From assembly GCF_009914755.1 (NCBI RefSeq), contig NC_060946.1: a stretch of DNA of 64,000 nucleotides. One strand, 5' to 3'. Below are positions 1 to 26,720 of this stretch, one piece after another. How positions within the stretch are numbered: position 1 is the stretch's first letter; each line of letters begins with the position of its first letter. Source of the stretch: the human T2T-CHM13v2.0 reference genome, Homo sapiens. The notes under the pieces are model-generated. The model was given only the letters and a program-made list of their open reading frames with translations, made no database searches and was not told where the DNA came from. Both the position numbers and the translations under genes were made by a program.

Positions 1-808
<808 letters not shown>

Positions 809-986
809 TCAGCCTTCAAGTAGCTATCAGGTGCGCCACCATGCCCAGCTAATTTTTGTGTTTTTAGTAGAGATGGGGTTTCACCATGTTGCCTAGGTTA
901 GTCTTGAACTCCTGGGCTCAGGTGATCTGCTCGCCTTGGCCTCCCAAAATGCTAGGATTACAGGTGTGAGCCACTGTGCCCAGCCA
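809..986 (-). mobile_element. Partial Alu
   Basis: GCTAATTTTTGTGTTTTTAGTAGAGATGGGGTTTCACCATGTTG...CTCCCAAAATGCTAGGATTACAGGTGTGAGCCAC; starts mid-element. Confidence 0.9.
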
Positions 987-1449
987 ATCTATGTAACTTT
1001 TCATGGAAGGCAAATCTATAAAGAAAGCAGATCATTTGTTACTTGGGACTTGGGTAGGTGGGAGTGAGGATGTAATGCAAATAAGCATGAGGAAACTTTT
1101 TGAGATTATGTAAGTATTCAAAAACTGAATTTTTGTAATTGTTGTACAACTCTATAAATTGGCCGAAACTCATCGAAATGTGCATTTAAAAGAAATAAAT
1201 TTTGTGCTCTGTATATTATACCTCAAAAAAGCTGATAAAATATAAATTGGAACAAAAGTACTGGAAAACAGTAAGTTGGGGATGAATGAGGGTGATCAAA
1301 ATTAATGCATCCTTCAAGATGAAACTAGTGATTTTAATTTTACAATTAGTTTTTTAAATTACTTGTTAATTCAAGTACACATATTACATTTCAAGGGTAA
1401 TCGTGAATAGAATAGAACTAGAACATACAACTTTTAAACAAATACAGGG

Positions 1450-3420
<1,971 letters not shown>

Positions 3421-3436
3421 AGTTTGCCCAAGCAAC

Positions 3437-3750
3437 TTTTATTTTATTTTATTATTTTTAAAAAGACAGGGTCTTGCCCTGTTGCCTGGGTTGGAATAGT
3501 GGCACGATCATATATCTCACAGCATCCTAGAACTCCTGGGTTCTAGGGACCCTCTGCCTTAGCCTCCTGAGTAGCTGGGACTACAGGCACACACCACAAT
3601 GCCTAGCTAATTTTTAAAATGTTTTTATTTTGTAGAGATGAAGTCTCACTATGTTGCCCAAGCTAGCCTCAAACTCTTGGCTTCAAATGATTCTTCCACC
3701 TTGGTGCCCCGAAGTGTTGGGATTACAGGCATCAGTCATGGCACCTGGCC
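3437..3750 (-). mobile_element. AluJ-like element
   Basis: Diverged antisense Alu consensus. Confidence 0.85.
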
Positions 3751-3996
3751 TGAGCAGGTTTTAATAAGTCACCCCATGTTTGGAGAATTTCTAACATTAT
3801 TAATATTACTTTCCCAATGCAGAAGCCAGGAACACAAGTTTTTAAACTTCCTTTGTCATGAAGGCATAGACACATGATGAACACACTGCTACTGACATTA
3901 ATTTCTGCTTTTATCTGCATAGCTGGTACCTCCAGGAAAAGGAGAGGAATGAGGTTGGAAAATAGTACACAGGAAGCTTCAACTATATCTATAATG

Positions 3997-4000
<4 letters not shown>

Positions 4001-4079
<79 letters not shown>

Positions 4080-4334
4080 AGGCTGGAGTGCAGTGGTGCA
4101 ATCTTGGCTCACTGCGACCTCTGCCTCCTGGGTTCAAGCGATTCTCCTGCCTCAGCCTCTTGAGTAGCTGGGACTACAGGTGCATGCCATGATGTCTGGT
4201 TAATTTTGTATATTTTAGTAGAGATGGGGTTTCACCATGTTGGCCAGGCTGGTTTGAACACCCAACCTCAGGTGATCTGCCCGCCTCAGCCCCCAAAGTG
4301 CTGGGATTACAGGCGTGAACTACCGTGCCTGGCC
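4001..4334 (-). mobile_element. (TA)n microsatellite and poly-T tail followed by an antisense Alu
   Basis: (TA)n at 4001-4047, T-run to 4078, then the Alu body. Confidence 0.9.
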
Positions 4335-4339
4335 AGATA

Positions 4340-4680
4340 ATGTTTAAATTAGAAGGCTGCATGCATAAATATGATATCTTGGACGTTGATGAGACCACAT
4401 AGACAAACTATATAAAAGGAAAAGAGGAAAAGGCCCAGGTCTAAGTCCTGAGTGATATTTCATATTTAGAAGTTAGGAAAAGAAGAATGGAATATGGAAG
4501 ACAAGAAAGGAAGAAGCAGTGAGGGAAGAAGAAAACCAGTAAGTGGTGCCTCAGAATTAGAAAAAAAAGACAAGTGTTTCAATAAGAGAGTGATCGTTGG
4601 CGTCAAAAGCTGCAAAGATCTTGAATACGATGCAGACAGAAACATTCACTGGATTTGGTTAATACACTTAGTCAGATAAC
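4340..4680 (-). mobile_element. L2 fragment
   Basis: L2-like phrases GTCAAAAGCTGCAAAGATC...CACTGGATTTGGT. Confidence 0.55.
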
Positions 4681-5295
4681 AAAAAAACAGCAATTTCACC
4701 AGTTACCCTCCTTTTCATACTCCAGAGATGAAGGATAATATTCACTAGCCTATATAATATTCTAGGTCTTGAATGTCAAATAACATAACATAGGTGATTG
4801 TGTTAAATGTCAGAATATTTAAGGAATAATTATGTTGTAATATACAGGCCAGCGTGCATTTGTTGCTTGCTGGAGTAGTCAAGTTTTATTTCTGACAAGT
4901 CTGCAGTTCCAGGGAGCCTCTCCCTGGCTGAGTAACTCTCACCCATCCATCTGTCAGGGAGAGTTTGCTGTGCATCCCAAGTATCTTAGAATTGGGTAGA
5001 AGTTTAGCTTTAATTAGTTTGACCTTGAGTCTAACAACAGGAGAGGGAACAGGCAGCGAAGAGGTCGTGAATGATGTCCCAGCAGCAGGAGACAGGGAGT
5101 GTCATTATCATTCCTGGTCTTCTCACAGTACTCTGAATACAGAGAGTGAGGAAGATTAGGGGGCCCTGTCTGCTGACTCCCTGATGATCTCAGACCCTCT
5201 CTGCTCTTTCTGGATGGTGACCTGTTAATTCTGGCATACTATTACTGATAATATATTTATCCTTTTCACTGTGATTTGCCCAATTGTTGCTTTAG

Positions 5296-5380
5296 CACTG
5301 GACCTTGTCAAGAAGTTGTTGGTAGTGGATCCAAAGGCACGTTTTATGACAGAAGAAACCTTAAGACACCGTGGCTTCAG
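5296..5380 (+). pseudogene. CHEK2P: CHEK2 exon 13-equivalent (c.1376-1461), 85 nt, frameshifted
   Basis: ttgctttag|CACTGGACCTTGTCAAGAAG...GTGGCTTCAG|gtgggt; [24 protein letters not shown] then CACCG instead of CACCCG before WLQ. Confidence 0.95.
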
Positions 5381-5492
5381 GTGGGTGTGGGACAGTGCCT
5401 GCTAGCATAAAATACATGGGAAGCCCTGCTGCCTGAGAGACATGAGACAGAGGACAGAAACATGTTTAGTCTGTTTAATCTAATTGTTTTAG

Positions 5493-5930
<438 letters not shown>

Positions 5931-6316
5931 TAAATCAGGGAAGCGGGGGAGGGGGAGGAGGACAGCCTCCCTGGGGAGAACCCAGCTATTTCTCAAGCCC
6001 AAGTGACTGGGTATAAAGGGTCCCACTGCTTGTTCATTCAGGTGAGTAAATGTGTCCTTAGTGAAGGCCGTCACCTGCACCTTTCATCTGTGTTACTGCT
6101 GTGCTCCTGCTAGGGGTTGGGGCTGCCATTATTAAATGCTGACCTCATTTGGAACTGCCAAGAGTTGGAAGTATGTTTTGGCTTTGCTGGATTAATCTTT
6201 AGTTTTGGAATTAGCTACGGCATTGGGCAGGTTTTCTGATAGATGTCTGGTCTTCTGTAAGGAGCAGTTCCATTCAACACAGCCATGCCCCTTTCTATTA
6301 ATTTTCTTTTGGTCTG

Positions 6317-6678
6317 TGTATTAGTCTGTTCTCATACTGCTATAAAGAACTGCCCAAGACTGGATAATTTATAAAGAAAGGAGGTTTAATTGACTCACAG
6401 CTCCACATGGCTTGGGAGGCCTCAGGAAACTTACAATCATGGTGGAAGGGGAAGAAGGCGTGTCTTAATGGCAGCAGGTGAGAGAGCTTGTGAAGGAAGT
6501 GAAGGGCGAAGAGCCTTTTATGAAACTGTCAGATCTCGTGAGAACTCACTATCACGAGAATAGCCTGGGGGAAACTGCCCCCATGAGCCAATCACCTCTC
6601 AACAGGTCCCTTTCTCAACACCTGGGGATTACAATTTGAGATGAGATTTGGGTAGGGGCATAAAGCCAAACTGTATCA
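6317..6678 (-). mobile_element. MaLR solo LTR (MSTA-like)
   Basis: TGTATTAGTCTGTTCTCATACTGCTATAAAG...GAGATGAGATTTGGGT...CCAAACTGTATCA. Confidence 0.85.
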
Positions 6679-7674
6679 ATCCGTTTTCTGTGGAGATGGG
6701 GGACAGAACTGGTAGCTTGAGCTAGAGGCTGTCACTTGAGCTAAATGCTGTTTCTCTGGGGATTACTGGCCCAGGAACTCCTTGGGCAATCCGGCCTCAG
6801 CCCCGTACTTCTGGGACTCTAGGAAGACTGCCCCCATTCTCTGTTCTAATACTCTACACCTAACAGTTTTGCTCAGGCCAGCTCAGGTTGAGAACAAGAA
6901 AAACTTAAAAAAAAAAAAAGACAGATATATGTGTTTTGGATGTTGCCCTAGAAACTACGGTCTCCCCAGAAGAAATCTGTCAGATGATTTAGCATTTAAT
7001 AGACCACACAGATTTGAAACAGCGGGACCCTGGAGGAAAGGGCTTTGGAAACAAAGGGTGCCTTTGCATGTGGGGATTTTAATTTTGATGAAAAAGAGAA
7101 ACATGTCTTTTGGCTCTTTTCATGTGTCCTAATAGGGAAACTCTTGGGTCTAAATGTAGAGGTACAGGAGCTGTGTTCATCTCTAGCAAAAAAACAGAGC
7201 TGGCCTGTTAAGCCCGGGAACAGGGTTTGCATCTGCCTGAAATTTATGAGCAAGTGTAGCCCATTTTTCTTGTACTTCTTCGTCTCAAAGAAAACTTATT
7301 AACAACCAAGGAGAAGGTGAAGTTCAACTCTGTTGCAGGATCTCCCTGGAATACTCTTTTAGCCACCTTTTGTTTTTGCAGTAAAAGGAGGAATGAGCAT
7401 TGAATGAAGACAAGGATGAAGACTGACCATCTAAAACATCTGTTAGTAATAATTTGGGTTTTATTTTGGGAAAATTCAGTGTTTTCGCAAAAACCAAATG
7501 GTTTTGTGGGTCTGGCACTGGACTGAGTGTTGGGAATGTGGATCCTGGTCTCTGTTTTGTCATTAACAGAGTGCCCAGTTTTGGGAGCATCCCTTACATC
7601 TACGGCCTGCCTCATATTTACTGCCTGAAATAGAGGATTTCTTCTGTTTGCTTTCAAGGGATATTATAATTTAA

Positions 7675-9311
<1,637 letters not shown>

Positions 9312-10100
9312 TGAGGCATTGGAATCAGATAACTCTGGGTCTGTATTCTGCACATGCCACCTGTGAGTGGCTGAGCTGGGCTTCTGCCCAACACTCAAAG
9401 GCCACATTCCTAGTTATAGATGTTCCTTTCACCTTGCTGAAGATGGGGAGAGCTGCACCAGACCACCTCTCAGGGTTTCCTAATGCAAATCCTTGAACCC
9501 TGCAGAAGTGAGCATCCAGAGAGGTGGGAGCTACTCGTATACACACTGTCTGTGCCCTCCTCATCTCCCGCTCCTGCAGCATGAAACACCTGTAATGCTT
9601 TGTTCTGTTTATTGTCTCCCTTTCTCATTAGACCTGAGCTCTGGGATATCGTGGGCTTAAGTACTTCTGAAAATTTGTATGGCATCTGCTGGGTGAAATT
9701 TCCTAGGGTGCTGGGCTGGTTGTTAGGACAGCCTGGGTGACTGGCCTCATTCATGGCAGGGGCAGCAGGTGGAGAGTGGTCCCGGAAGGATTTGAGGATC
9801 TGCACGGAGTCAGGACCAGCCCCTGGCCCCCTGATTGTCACCTTTCTCAGGATCTGGGATGCTAATTCAGAAACTCTTGACTGCTGGAGGCTGTGATTGA
9901 CCCACTGAGAGCTTTTAGGCATGTGGATGTGAGTCAGCCAGGATTGATGGAGCATTGACTGCTAATTGGACTCCTCTGGGAAGGTAGAGGGGGGCAACAC
10001 ATAATGCCTTCACTGTGGGAGCTTCATCAAGGGAATGATTCTTGGACGGACATCTTTTCCTCCCTCTTTCCACAGGGGCATGCTAGCCCTGTCATTCTAG

Positions 10101-10280
<180 letters not shown>

Positions 10281-10647
10281 TGATAAGAAAAGATGATGAA
10301 ATTCAAGATTTTCCTGAGTAGCAATTGCTTAACATTGTTTCAGTTATAATGTAGTAGAAACTCTGTTTGAACTTGATTCACTCCAGGACCCTTAGATTTA
10401 AAAATGCAGGATATGTTTAATATCTAACACATAATAGACAGATAAGCACAGCTAGGGATTGTCATCCAAAAGGTCACCTGCAAGGCAATTTCGAAAGACT
10501 CTATTAGAGGCTCAAATATAAATTTGTTGGAAAAATTAAAATTTGGGTCAGTAGTTGATTCCTTGATTACAAGTTTATTCTTTAAAGTTCTTTGTGAGTA
10601 TAAGTTAATTCCAGTCCTGCTTTTTTGTTGTTGTTGTTGAATGGTAG

Positions 10648-10982
<335 letters not shown>

Positions 10983-11342
10983 TTCCTCCCAATTTTGTAT
11001 ATGAGAAAACAACTAAGGCACAAAGGTTGTCTTCCCGCAAAAGACCAAGACTTGGGGCTTCAATTGAGAGGTATTGTAGTCCTTTTAAACTTGATATTTA
11101 GAAGAGGATGATCAAGAGGAAGGTGGTTATGCTACTTGCTTTCAGTATACATCATTCAGGGGTCAGAAGCCATAGGGAGAGAAATATCTATTAGATAAGC
11201 ATGTCTGAGTTGCGGGCTGTGGTGAGGACTCAGTTGTCAATGATGACAACCAGTAATTTTTGGTACTAGTATTTCACATCAAATGCCCCCACTTTACTGG
11301 AAGTACATTGAGGAACTCTGATAATCTTAAAGAAGCCAGTGA

Positions 11343-11625
<283 letters not shown>

Positions 11626-11662
11626 CTTTGTGCTTCTGCTTGATAATTGGTTCTTTAGTTGA

Positions 11663-11968
<306 letters not shown>

Positions 11969-13113
11969 TGAATGGCTTTTTTATATTTAAAGTTGTTGTG
12001 TGCCTTTCATCTGGAGCTACTCCTTGGCTATCACTAGGCAGGTTTCCCAGGATGTCACCCTGGTCTCAGCCTGTGAGAGCTGAATACAAATTCTAAGGGC
12101 CCCTTGGAAAGTTCCAGGGAAAGGAGCATAGCGAGGTTGGGGGTGGAGTTTGTAGAGACTGGCTGGCTGGCTGCTGACATCTTCATGAGAACAGCAGGTA
12201 CCTTGGTGCATAATAACAGGCCAGGTTATATTCTCATCCTTGCCCTCATAAAGATACAGGTCTACAGTCTCTGAAACCTTTGGGCTAGATAAGTTGTGAA
12301 ATTTAATTACCCAATTTTAGGAAGGTGGTAAGGCATATCTACTATGTGTATGTGTAGCACCCCAGTGGAGTCCTACACATGTGGAGTCCTACCCCAGTGG
12401 AGTCCAAACATGTTAATATTTCCACAGCAAATATTCACAGTAAGAGGGATAGAGAAAGATTATAGGTAGTTGCATATTGATTCATATCAGTCTTTTCTTC
12501 CAAATGAGCTACAGTGACTCATTTTTGAGAGCTGTTTGGGTTTTGGAAGTGGAGATAAGGCATGGTTATGTCTTGTTGACCCAATAATGACTGGGGAGGC
12601 CCTGTGCAAAGACTTACCCTTGGCTGCTCTTGTCCTCACAGTGATTCTATGAATGAGGTCCTCTAGCCACTGTCATGTCACAGGTGAGGAAACCAAAGTT
12701 GGAGGACAAAGGTAACTTTTCTGATGTCGCACAGCTGGTAAATGGCAGAGCTGGGACCCAACCCAGGTCTTTTTGACTCTAAAACTAATGTTCCTTATTG
12801 TCCACTGAATCTGCTTTTATAACTTTGCTTGGTTGATGCTAGGACAGTTTGTAGCTCACTGGCCATGCCATAAATTGAGTGCTGTGGTTCAAAGGCCACT
12901 GGCGATTCAGTCAAGGCAGGCTCAAGGGCACACAGCCATTTCCTTAGGAAATGGGGATGGTGGTTGGAAATTTCTATTAAAGGGTATATAAGCATTCTGA
13001 GACTTGGCTGGCCTGGTGTAGGGGGTTTGTTGGGAACTTAGGTGGTTTGCATGTTTAAAGGAATAAGACTGAGATTGCCAATTAGATGGGTTTTAGCTCA
13101 TTTGAATATTTAA

Positions 13114-13478
<365 letters not shown>

Positions 13479-13532
13479 CACCCTTCTCTGTTTCCAGAGC
13501 ATTTTGTATTAACTCCCTCTCATGATATCTTA

Positions 13533-14715
<1,183 letters not shown>

Positions 14716-14830
14716 AATTGACTCACCAATGGGAGAAATCAGCTGCTGATTGAAGGCTACCAAACACCTACTTCCTTTCCTAACATCACTTTAATTTTAT
14801 CTTAGAGGAATTCTTTTCCCTATCCCATTA

Positions 14831-15254
<424 letters not shown>

Positions 15255-16335
15255 CTAGCTAGAGGTGAGTGTAGGACTTTGAAACATGAACAAATGGAGC
15301 TGGGATGGCAATGGCGGGAACAATATTGTGCTAATCTGAACTCTGCACTTCCTAACTTTGGCTCTGGGTAAATTACCTCAAATTGCTGAGCCTTTGTTTC
15401 CATATTTATAAAATGGGTGCGGTAAGAGTACCAACCTCTTCTATGCTGTTTGGAGGAGGAAGGTCCATAAGGTACCTGGCATGTGGTAAGGGATTCATGA
15501 ATGTTGGCTTCTATCATTAAGGCTGGGGGAGACACATAAGTAGCCAGAGGGAGTCATAGAAAGTTCTTGAGCCAGAGAAGTAAGATAATCTTTTCAGCTT
15601 TTTGTGAAGCATAAAAGGTGGGTAATTTGCTTGCCTTTGACCAAGCAAATTTGGGGTGTGCCAGGCCTGGGGTGAATGGTGGGAACCCAAGTAGAGGGAT
15701 ATTTCTCATTGACTGAACTAACTGTGACTCCGTTTTGCGGAGCAGCCAGGTTGCTTCATGGTGGACCTGCTGCATGCCTACATGATGGTGCCATGGATAG
15801 CTCTTGTTTGTGCCAGCCCTGTACCTGATACCTCTTGTGGTAATTGCATCCCTATTTTTCAGAAGGAAGCATCCCTCCTCCCACTTTCTGGTTTTCCCCA
15901 TGTCCTTCTGGAGGAGATGACCCCAACCGCTTCCTGAAGGGGCTTCATGAAAGCCAGGTCTGGCCAGGCTGGATGTGGTGATTGGCTCAGGCAGGGGAAT
16001 GTGGCGCAAACGGATCCAGTGAAAGTCAGTCCTGGGACTTTGGCTGGAACTAATGGGGAACAGCCTCTGCTTTCTTGCGCAGATGTGAGTTAGGAGCTGC
16101 TTAGGCCACCATGAGGAAAGAACCGCGTGAGAATGAAGTAATCAAAGGGAAGCAAGCACTGAGAGATTAGAGAGACTTATCCTGTATAAGTGCCTGTATC
16201 CAGCTATGCCTGAAGTGAGGTACCACCCCAGGCCTTTTCAGTCATGCTATCAGTTTTGTTCCTTTTTTCTGTTTTACTCTTGGTGGAGTTACTTTTTTTC
16301 CTTGTTACTTGAATAAGAAAAATAACAAACTAGAA

Positions 16336-19687
<3,352 letters not shown>

Positions 19688-20006
19688 CAGACTAGTAAAT
19701 GCAACCATTTACAAATTCCAAGAGACTCTTGAAGATTCTTTTTGTTAGTAGGGAAAACATTCTCCATTTTTCTGCCAACTTTAGGGTTTTCAGAGAAGTT
19801 TGGGGGAGAGAAAGGAAAGCAAAGATGTGGGAAGAAAGAGTACTTGCAGCCCCAAGTTGGGCGAACTCCTCCCAGCTACTTATACCACAGGGTTTGGGGA
19901 GCAGAGCCCCTTTCATTAAACTTTTAGGAGTCTTGGATGGATAGGGTGGGAATTACACCAGTGAAACTCAGCTTTGTGTGTGCCAGGCATTGGGCCCTGG
20001 GATATG

Positions 20007-21460
<1,454 letters not shown>

Positions 21461-21763
21461 TACAGTCCTCATCTCCCTGAAAGCTCAGTCAACCCTGTGC
21501 AGTGCTACTGCCACACTCCCCTTTCGCACATGTAGAAATCAAGGATCTTTGGCTCCTCTGAGTGACTTGTTCAAGGTTTCTCAGTTTCCAAAAGATGGAG
21601 GCGGGACTTGAATTGAGATTTCCCTTTCTTGAGAACCTGTGGTCCTTAACCATTAAAACCACTTAAGAGGTCTTCTCTCTTGATCACTACCTACTAAGCG
21701 CTAGGCGCGGTGCTGAGACGTTCTCTTGATTATCATATTGAGTCTCTAGATTTAGGAGAAACA

Positions 21764-22054
<291 letters not shown>

Positions 22055-22129
22055 TTTAGGAGAAACAAGTCCCGAAGCCCTGACCCTAACACGCAAGGGT
22101 TAGTGGAGATGTGGGGCTTGAACTCAGCT

Positions 22130-23250
22130 TCTCCGTTGAGTCTGGCTGTCTCCGGGACGCAGGCACGTGCTTGCACACCTCCATGGTGGCGATCCCGCCC
22201 CCTTAGTAGCGTCCTTAGCTCCGCACTTCTTGCAGGGAAGTTCCTCTTGGCCCAGACCCTCGTCCTAGGCCCCGCGTCGTGAGGGAAGCGAAAGGGGCAG
22301 TGTGGGGAAGTGGCCGAGGGGTCGGGTGCGGGATGGTCTGCAGAGAGGCAGGCGGCGGTGCGGAGCCGGGAACCACGCGCTCACCCTCCAAGTCGGACGG
22401 GCCCGGCGGGGGTGGGCGAGACACTGGGAACAGCGGCCAGCTCCAGAGGGCGCGAGGCGGGCCGCGCGGGGAGGGGTGGCGCGCGCGGTTGGGGGGCAGT
22501 GAGGGTCGCCGCGGCGGCGCGCAGCACGGCGGGAACATGGCGCGCGAAACTGGCGCGCGCGCCTAGCTGGCGGGACCCTTAGCTCCAGGTGGACGCGGCC
22601 CGGACCCCGTGGATATGGAGCAGTCGCCGCCCCCGGCGCCCGAGCCGACCCAAGGGCCGACCCCCGCAAGGAGCCGAAGGCGGCGGGAGCCCGAGTCGCC
22701 GCCAGCGTCGGCGCAGGTGAGTGGGTGAGGGGCTCGGGCCGGGAGACTTTCTTTGTGAAACTCCGGCGGTGGGAGCCGGGCCAGGCCTCAGCGGCTGAGG
22801 AGCGCCTGTGAGGCGTAAGGCGTCTCGCAGTCCGGGTTCGATCCCAGCCGCCAGCCGTCAGGAGGCGGGAACTGGTCCGCAGCCTGCCTGCCTCAGTTTC
22901 CACGGGAGTGTGTGTGGGTGTGTGAGGGTGTGTATGGGTGTTGGCCTGCGCACACCGGAGGGGGGGTCGGTATACAGTCGGCGCCTAATGCATGCGGCGC
23001 CTCCCCCCTCCCCCCAGTCCCCGTGGGGCGGAACCTGGGGACTGGAGTCCACCGGAGCAGTAGGCGGCACCCGCGGGGAGACAGGTGTCGGCGCAGCCTG
23101 GGAGGCTCAGGTGCTACCTTTGCCGGGTGGGGTTTGTGAGGAGTGAGCTCTTCGTCCCCGGAGGCGAGCAAATCTGTCGGTGGCTCATCACAGAGCGCTG
23201 TTTTGGAAAGCGTTCCACCCACCTCAGCTTCGTGCTGTGTTTGGGCCACT
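22130..23250 (+). promoter_or_regulatory. TTC28: CpG island / duplicated TTC28 promoter
   Basis: Very GC- and CpG-rich. E-box CACGTG 22164-22169, GC boxes, E2F-like GGCGGGAA 22528-22535 and GCGCGAAA 22542-22549, YY1-like AACATGGCG 22534-22542. Surrounds the TTC28-like exon 1. Confidence 0.85.
22615..22716 (+). pseudogene. TTC28: Orphan copy of TTC28 coding exon 1 (34 codons, open, intact donor)
   Basis: ATG GAG CAG...=MEQSPPPAPEPTQGPTPARSRRRREPESPPASAQ then CAG|GTGAGT. Matches the TTC28 N-terminus as recalled, and TTC28 follows CHEK2 in the same orientation at 22q12.1. No further TTC28 exons are seen. Confidence 0.88.
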
Positions 23251-23800
23251 AGTCAGGGGGAAGGATGCTGAGCGACATGGACTTTAGAGGTGGGGCTCCC
23301 GCTGGACGGGATGGCTCTGGGCTCTCCAGCTTACCCCCACCCTTGCCTCCCAAACCCGTTAGAGCGTAGGAATCATTGGGAGCACGTGATAAAAATGCCA
23401 CGGATTGTGGCTCACCAAAGCAGGGAAGCGGATTTGGAACTTAGGCTCCCAAGTTGTGATCCGTCGAGCTTGGCAAGCACTGTTTTAGAGAGTAGGCTTC
23501 CTGCAAGCAGGAGCCGGTTTTGTGTATACCTCACCATGGCATCTTGGTACCTGGCATGGTGCCTGGCACACCGTAGATGATCAGAAAATATCTGTAGAAA
23601 GTCTAAATTATTAGGGATAGTGCAGCATAGGAGTTCTTGAGACATTTTCAGGAGCTTCTTGAGATTAATATCTGTCAGATTTGTTTTACAGTATATGATT
23701 TTTCTCAGCTCCCAACTTTTGTGATTGTTTTTAATGCCATGTTTTCAGTATGTTCTAGGCAAAAGCAGGGTATATGTTGCTTAGTATACACTGTCCACTA

Positions 23801-25655
<1,855 letters not shown>

Positions 25656-25839
25656 TTTTTTTTATTTCTAATAAAAAAGTTAATAGAGTTTCTTGTTTCA
25701 CTGGACAAAATATGCATATATAGGAAGGAAAGACTTTTGGACTTGAGATTGCGCTGAAGAAGAAAAATGGAAAAATTAAGCATTTTAGTCTCTCAGTGTG
25801 TTATTTTTGTAGCTTATACAGATATGTCTTTTTAAAGTG

Positions 25840-26420
25840 TCTTTAAAAAGCTTTATTGAGATAAAGATAAATGAGATAAATTCACCTACCATGAAATCAA
25901 CCCCTCGAGTGCAGAATTTTGTGGTTTATAATATGTTCACAGAATCACACAAACAAGATAGGTATCTAGATATTTTCAGACCATTTTCATCAGTCCACAA
26001 GAAATCCCATACCCATTAGCAGTCATCCTTATTCCCTTTTCCCCTAGTCCCTGGCAATAACTAGCCTACTTTCTGTCTCTGAGTTTAGCTCTTCTGGAGG
26101 TTTCACAGAATGAAATCTTACTACATATGGTCTTTTGTGATTGACTTATTTCACTTGGCACAGTGTTTTCAAGGTTTATCCATGCTGTAGCATATATCAG
26201 CACTTCATTCTTTTTTAATGCTGAGTAATCTTTTGAATGGATATACCATATTTTATCAGTTCCTCTGTTGATAGGCACTTGAGTTTTTTTCCCAATTTTT
26301 GGCTATTATGCACAATGCTGCTGTGAACATTTGTGTACAAATTTTAGTGTGGATGTATATTTTCATTTCCCTTGGGTATATCCCTAAGGAATACACTATC
26401 TGGGTCATATGATAATTGTT
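25840..26420 (-). mobile_element. L1MB-type 3' end fragment
   Basis: CAAGGTTTATCCATGCTGTAGCATATATCAGCACTTCATTCTTTTTTAATGCTGAGTA; AATGCTGCTGTGAACATTTGTGTACAA. Confidence 0.8.
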
Positions 26421-26423
26421 TAA

Positions 26424-26720
26424 GACTACAGGCACGTGCCACCACACCTGGCAAATATTTAAAAATTTTTTGTAGATAAAGGGTCTCGCTATGTTGCCCA
26501 GGCTGATCTTGAACTCCTGGCCTCAAGAGATCCTCTCACCTCAGCCTCCCAGAAAGTGTTGGGATTACAGATGTGAGTCACTGCACCTATAAAAGAGGCT
26601 CATACCTCTTTTTATGTATTTTTTTTTTTTTTTTTTTTTTTTTGAGACAGGGTTTCACTCTGTTGCCCAGGCTGGAGTGCAGTGGTGGGATCACAGCTCA
26701 CTGCAGCCTGGACCTCTCTC
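26424..26720 (-). mobile_element. Two Alu fragments; the second is truncated at 26720
   Basis: Alu arm ends abruptly at CTGCAGCCTGGACCTC. Confidence 0.85.

Noticed and set aside
22215-23249. Long ORFs on both strands over the CpG island
   Set aside because: Expected from high GC content; only the 102-nt TTC28-like exon has a recognisable sequence and a splice donor
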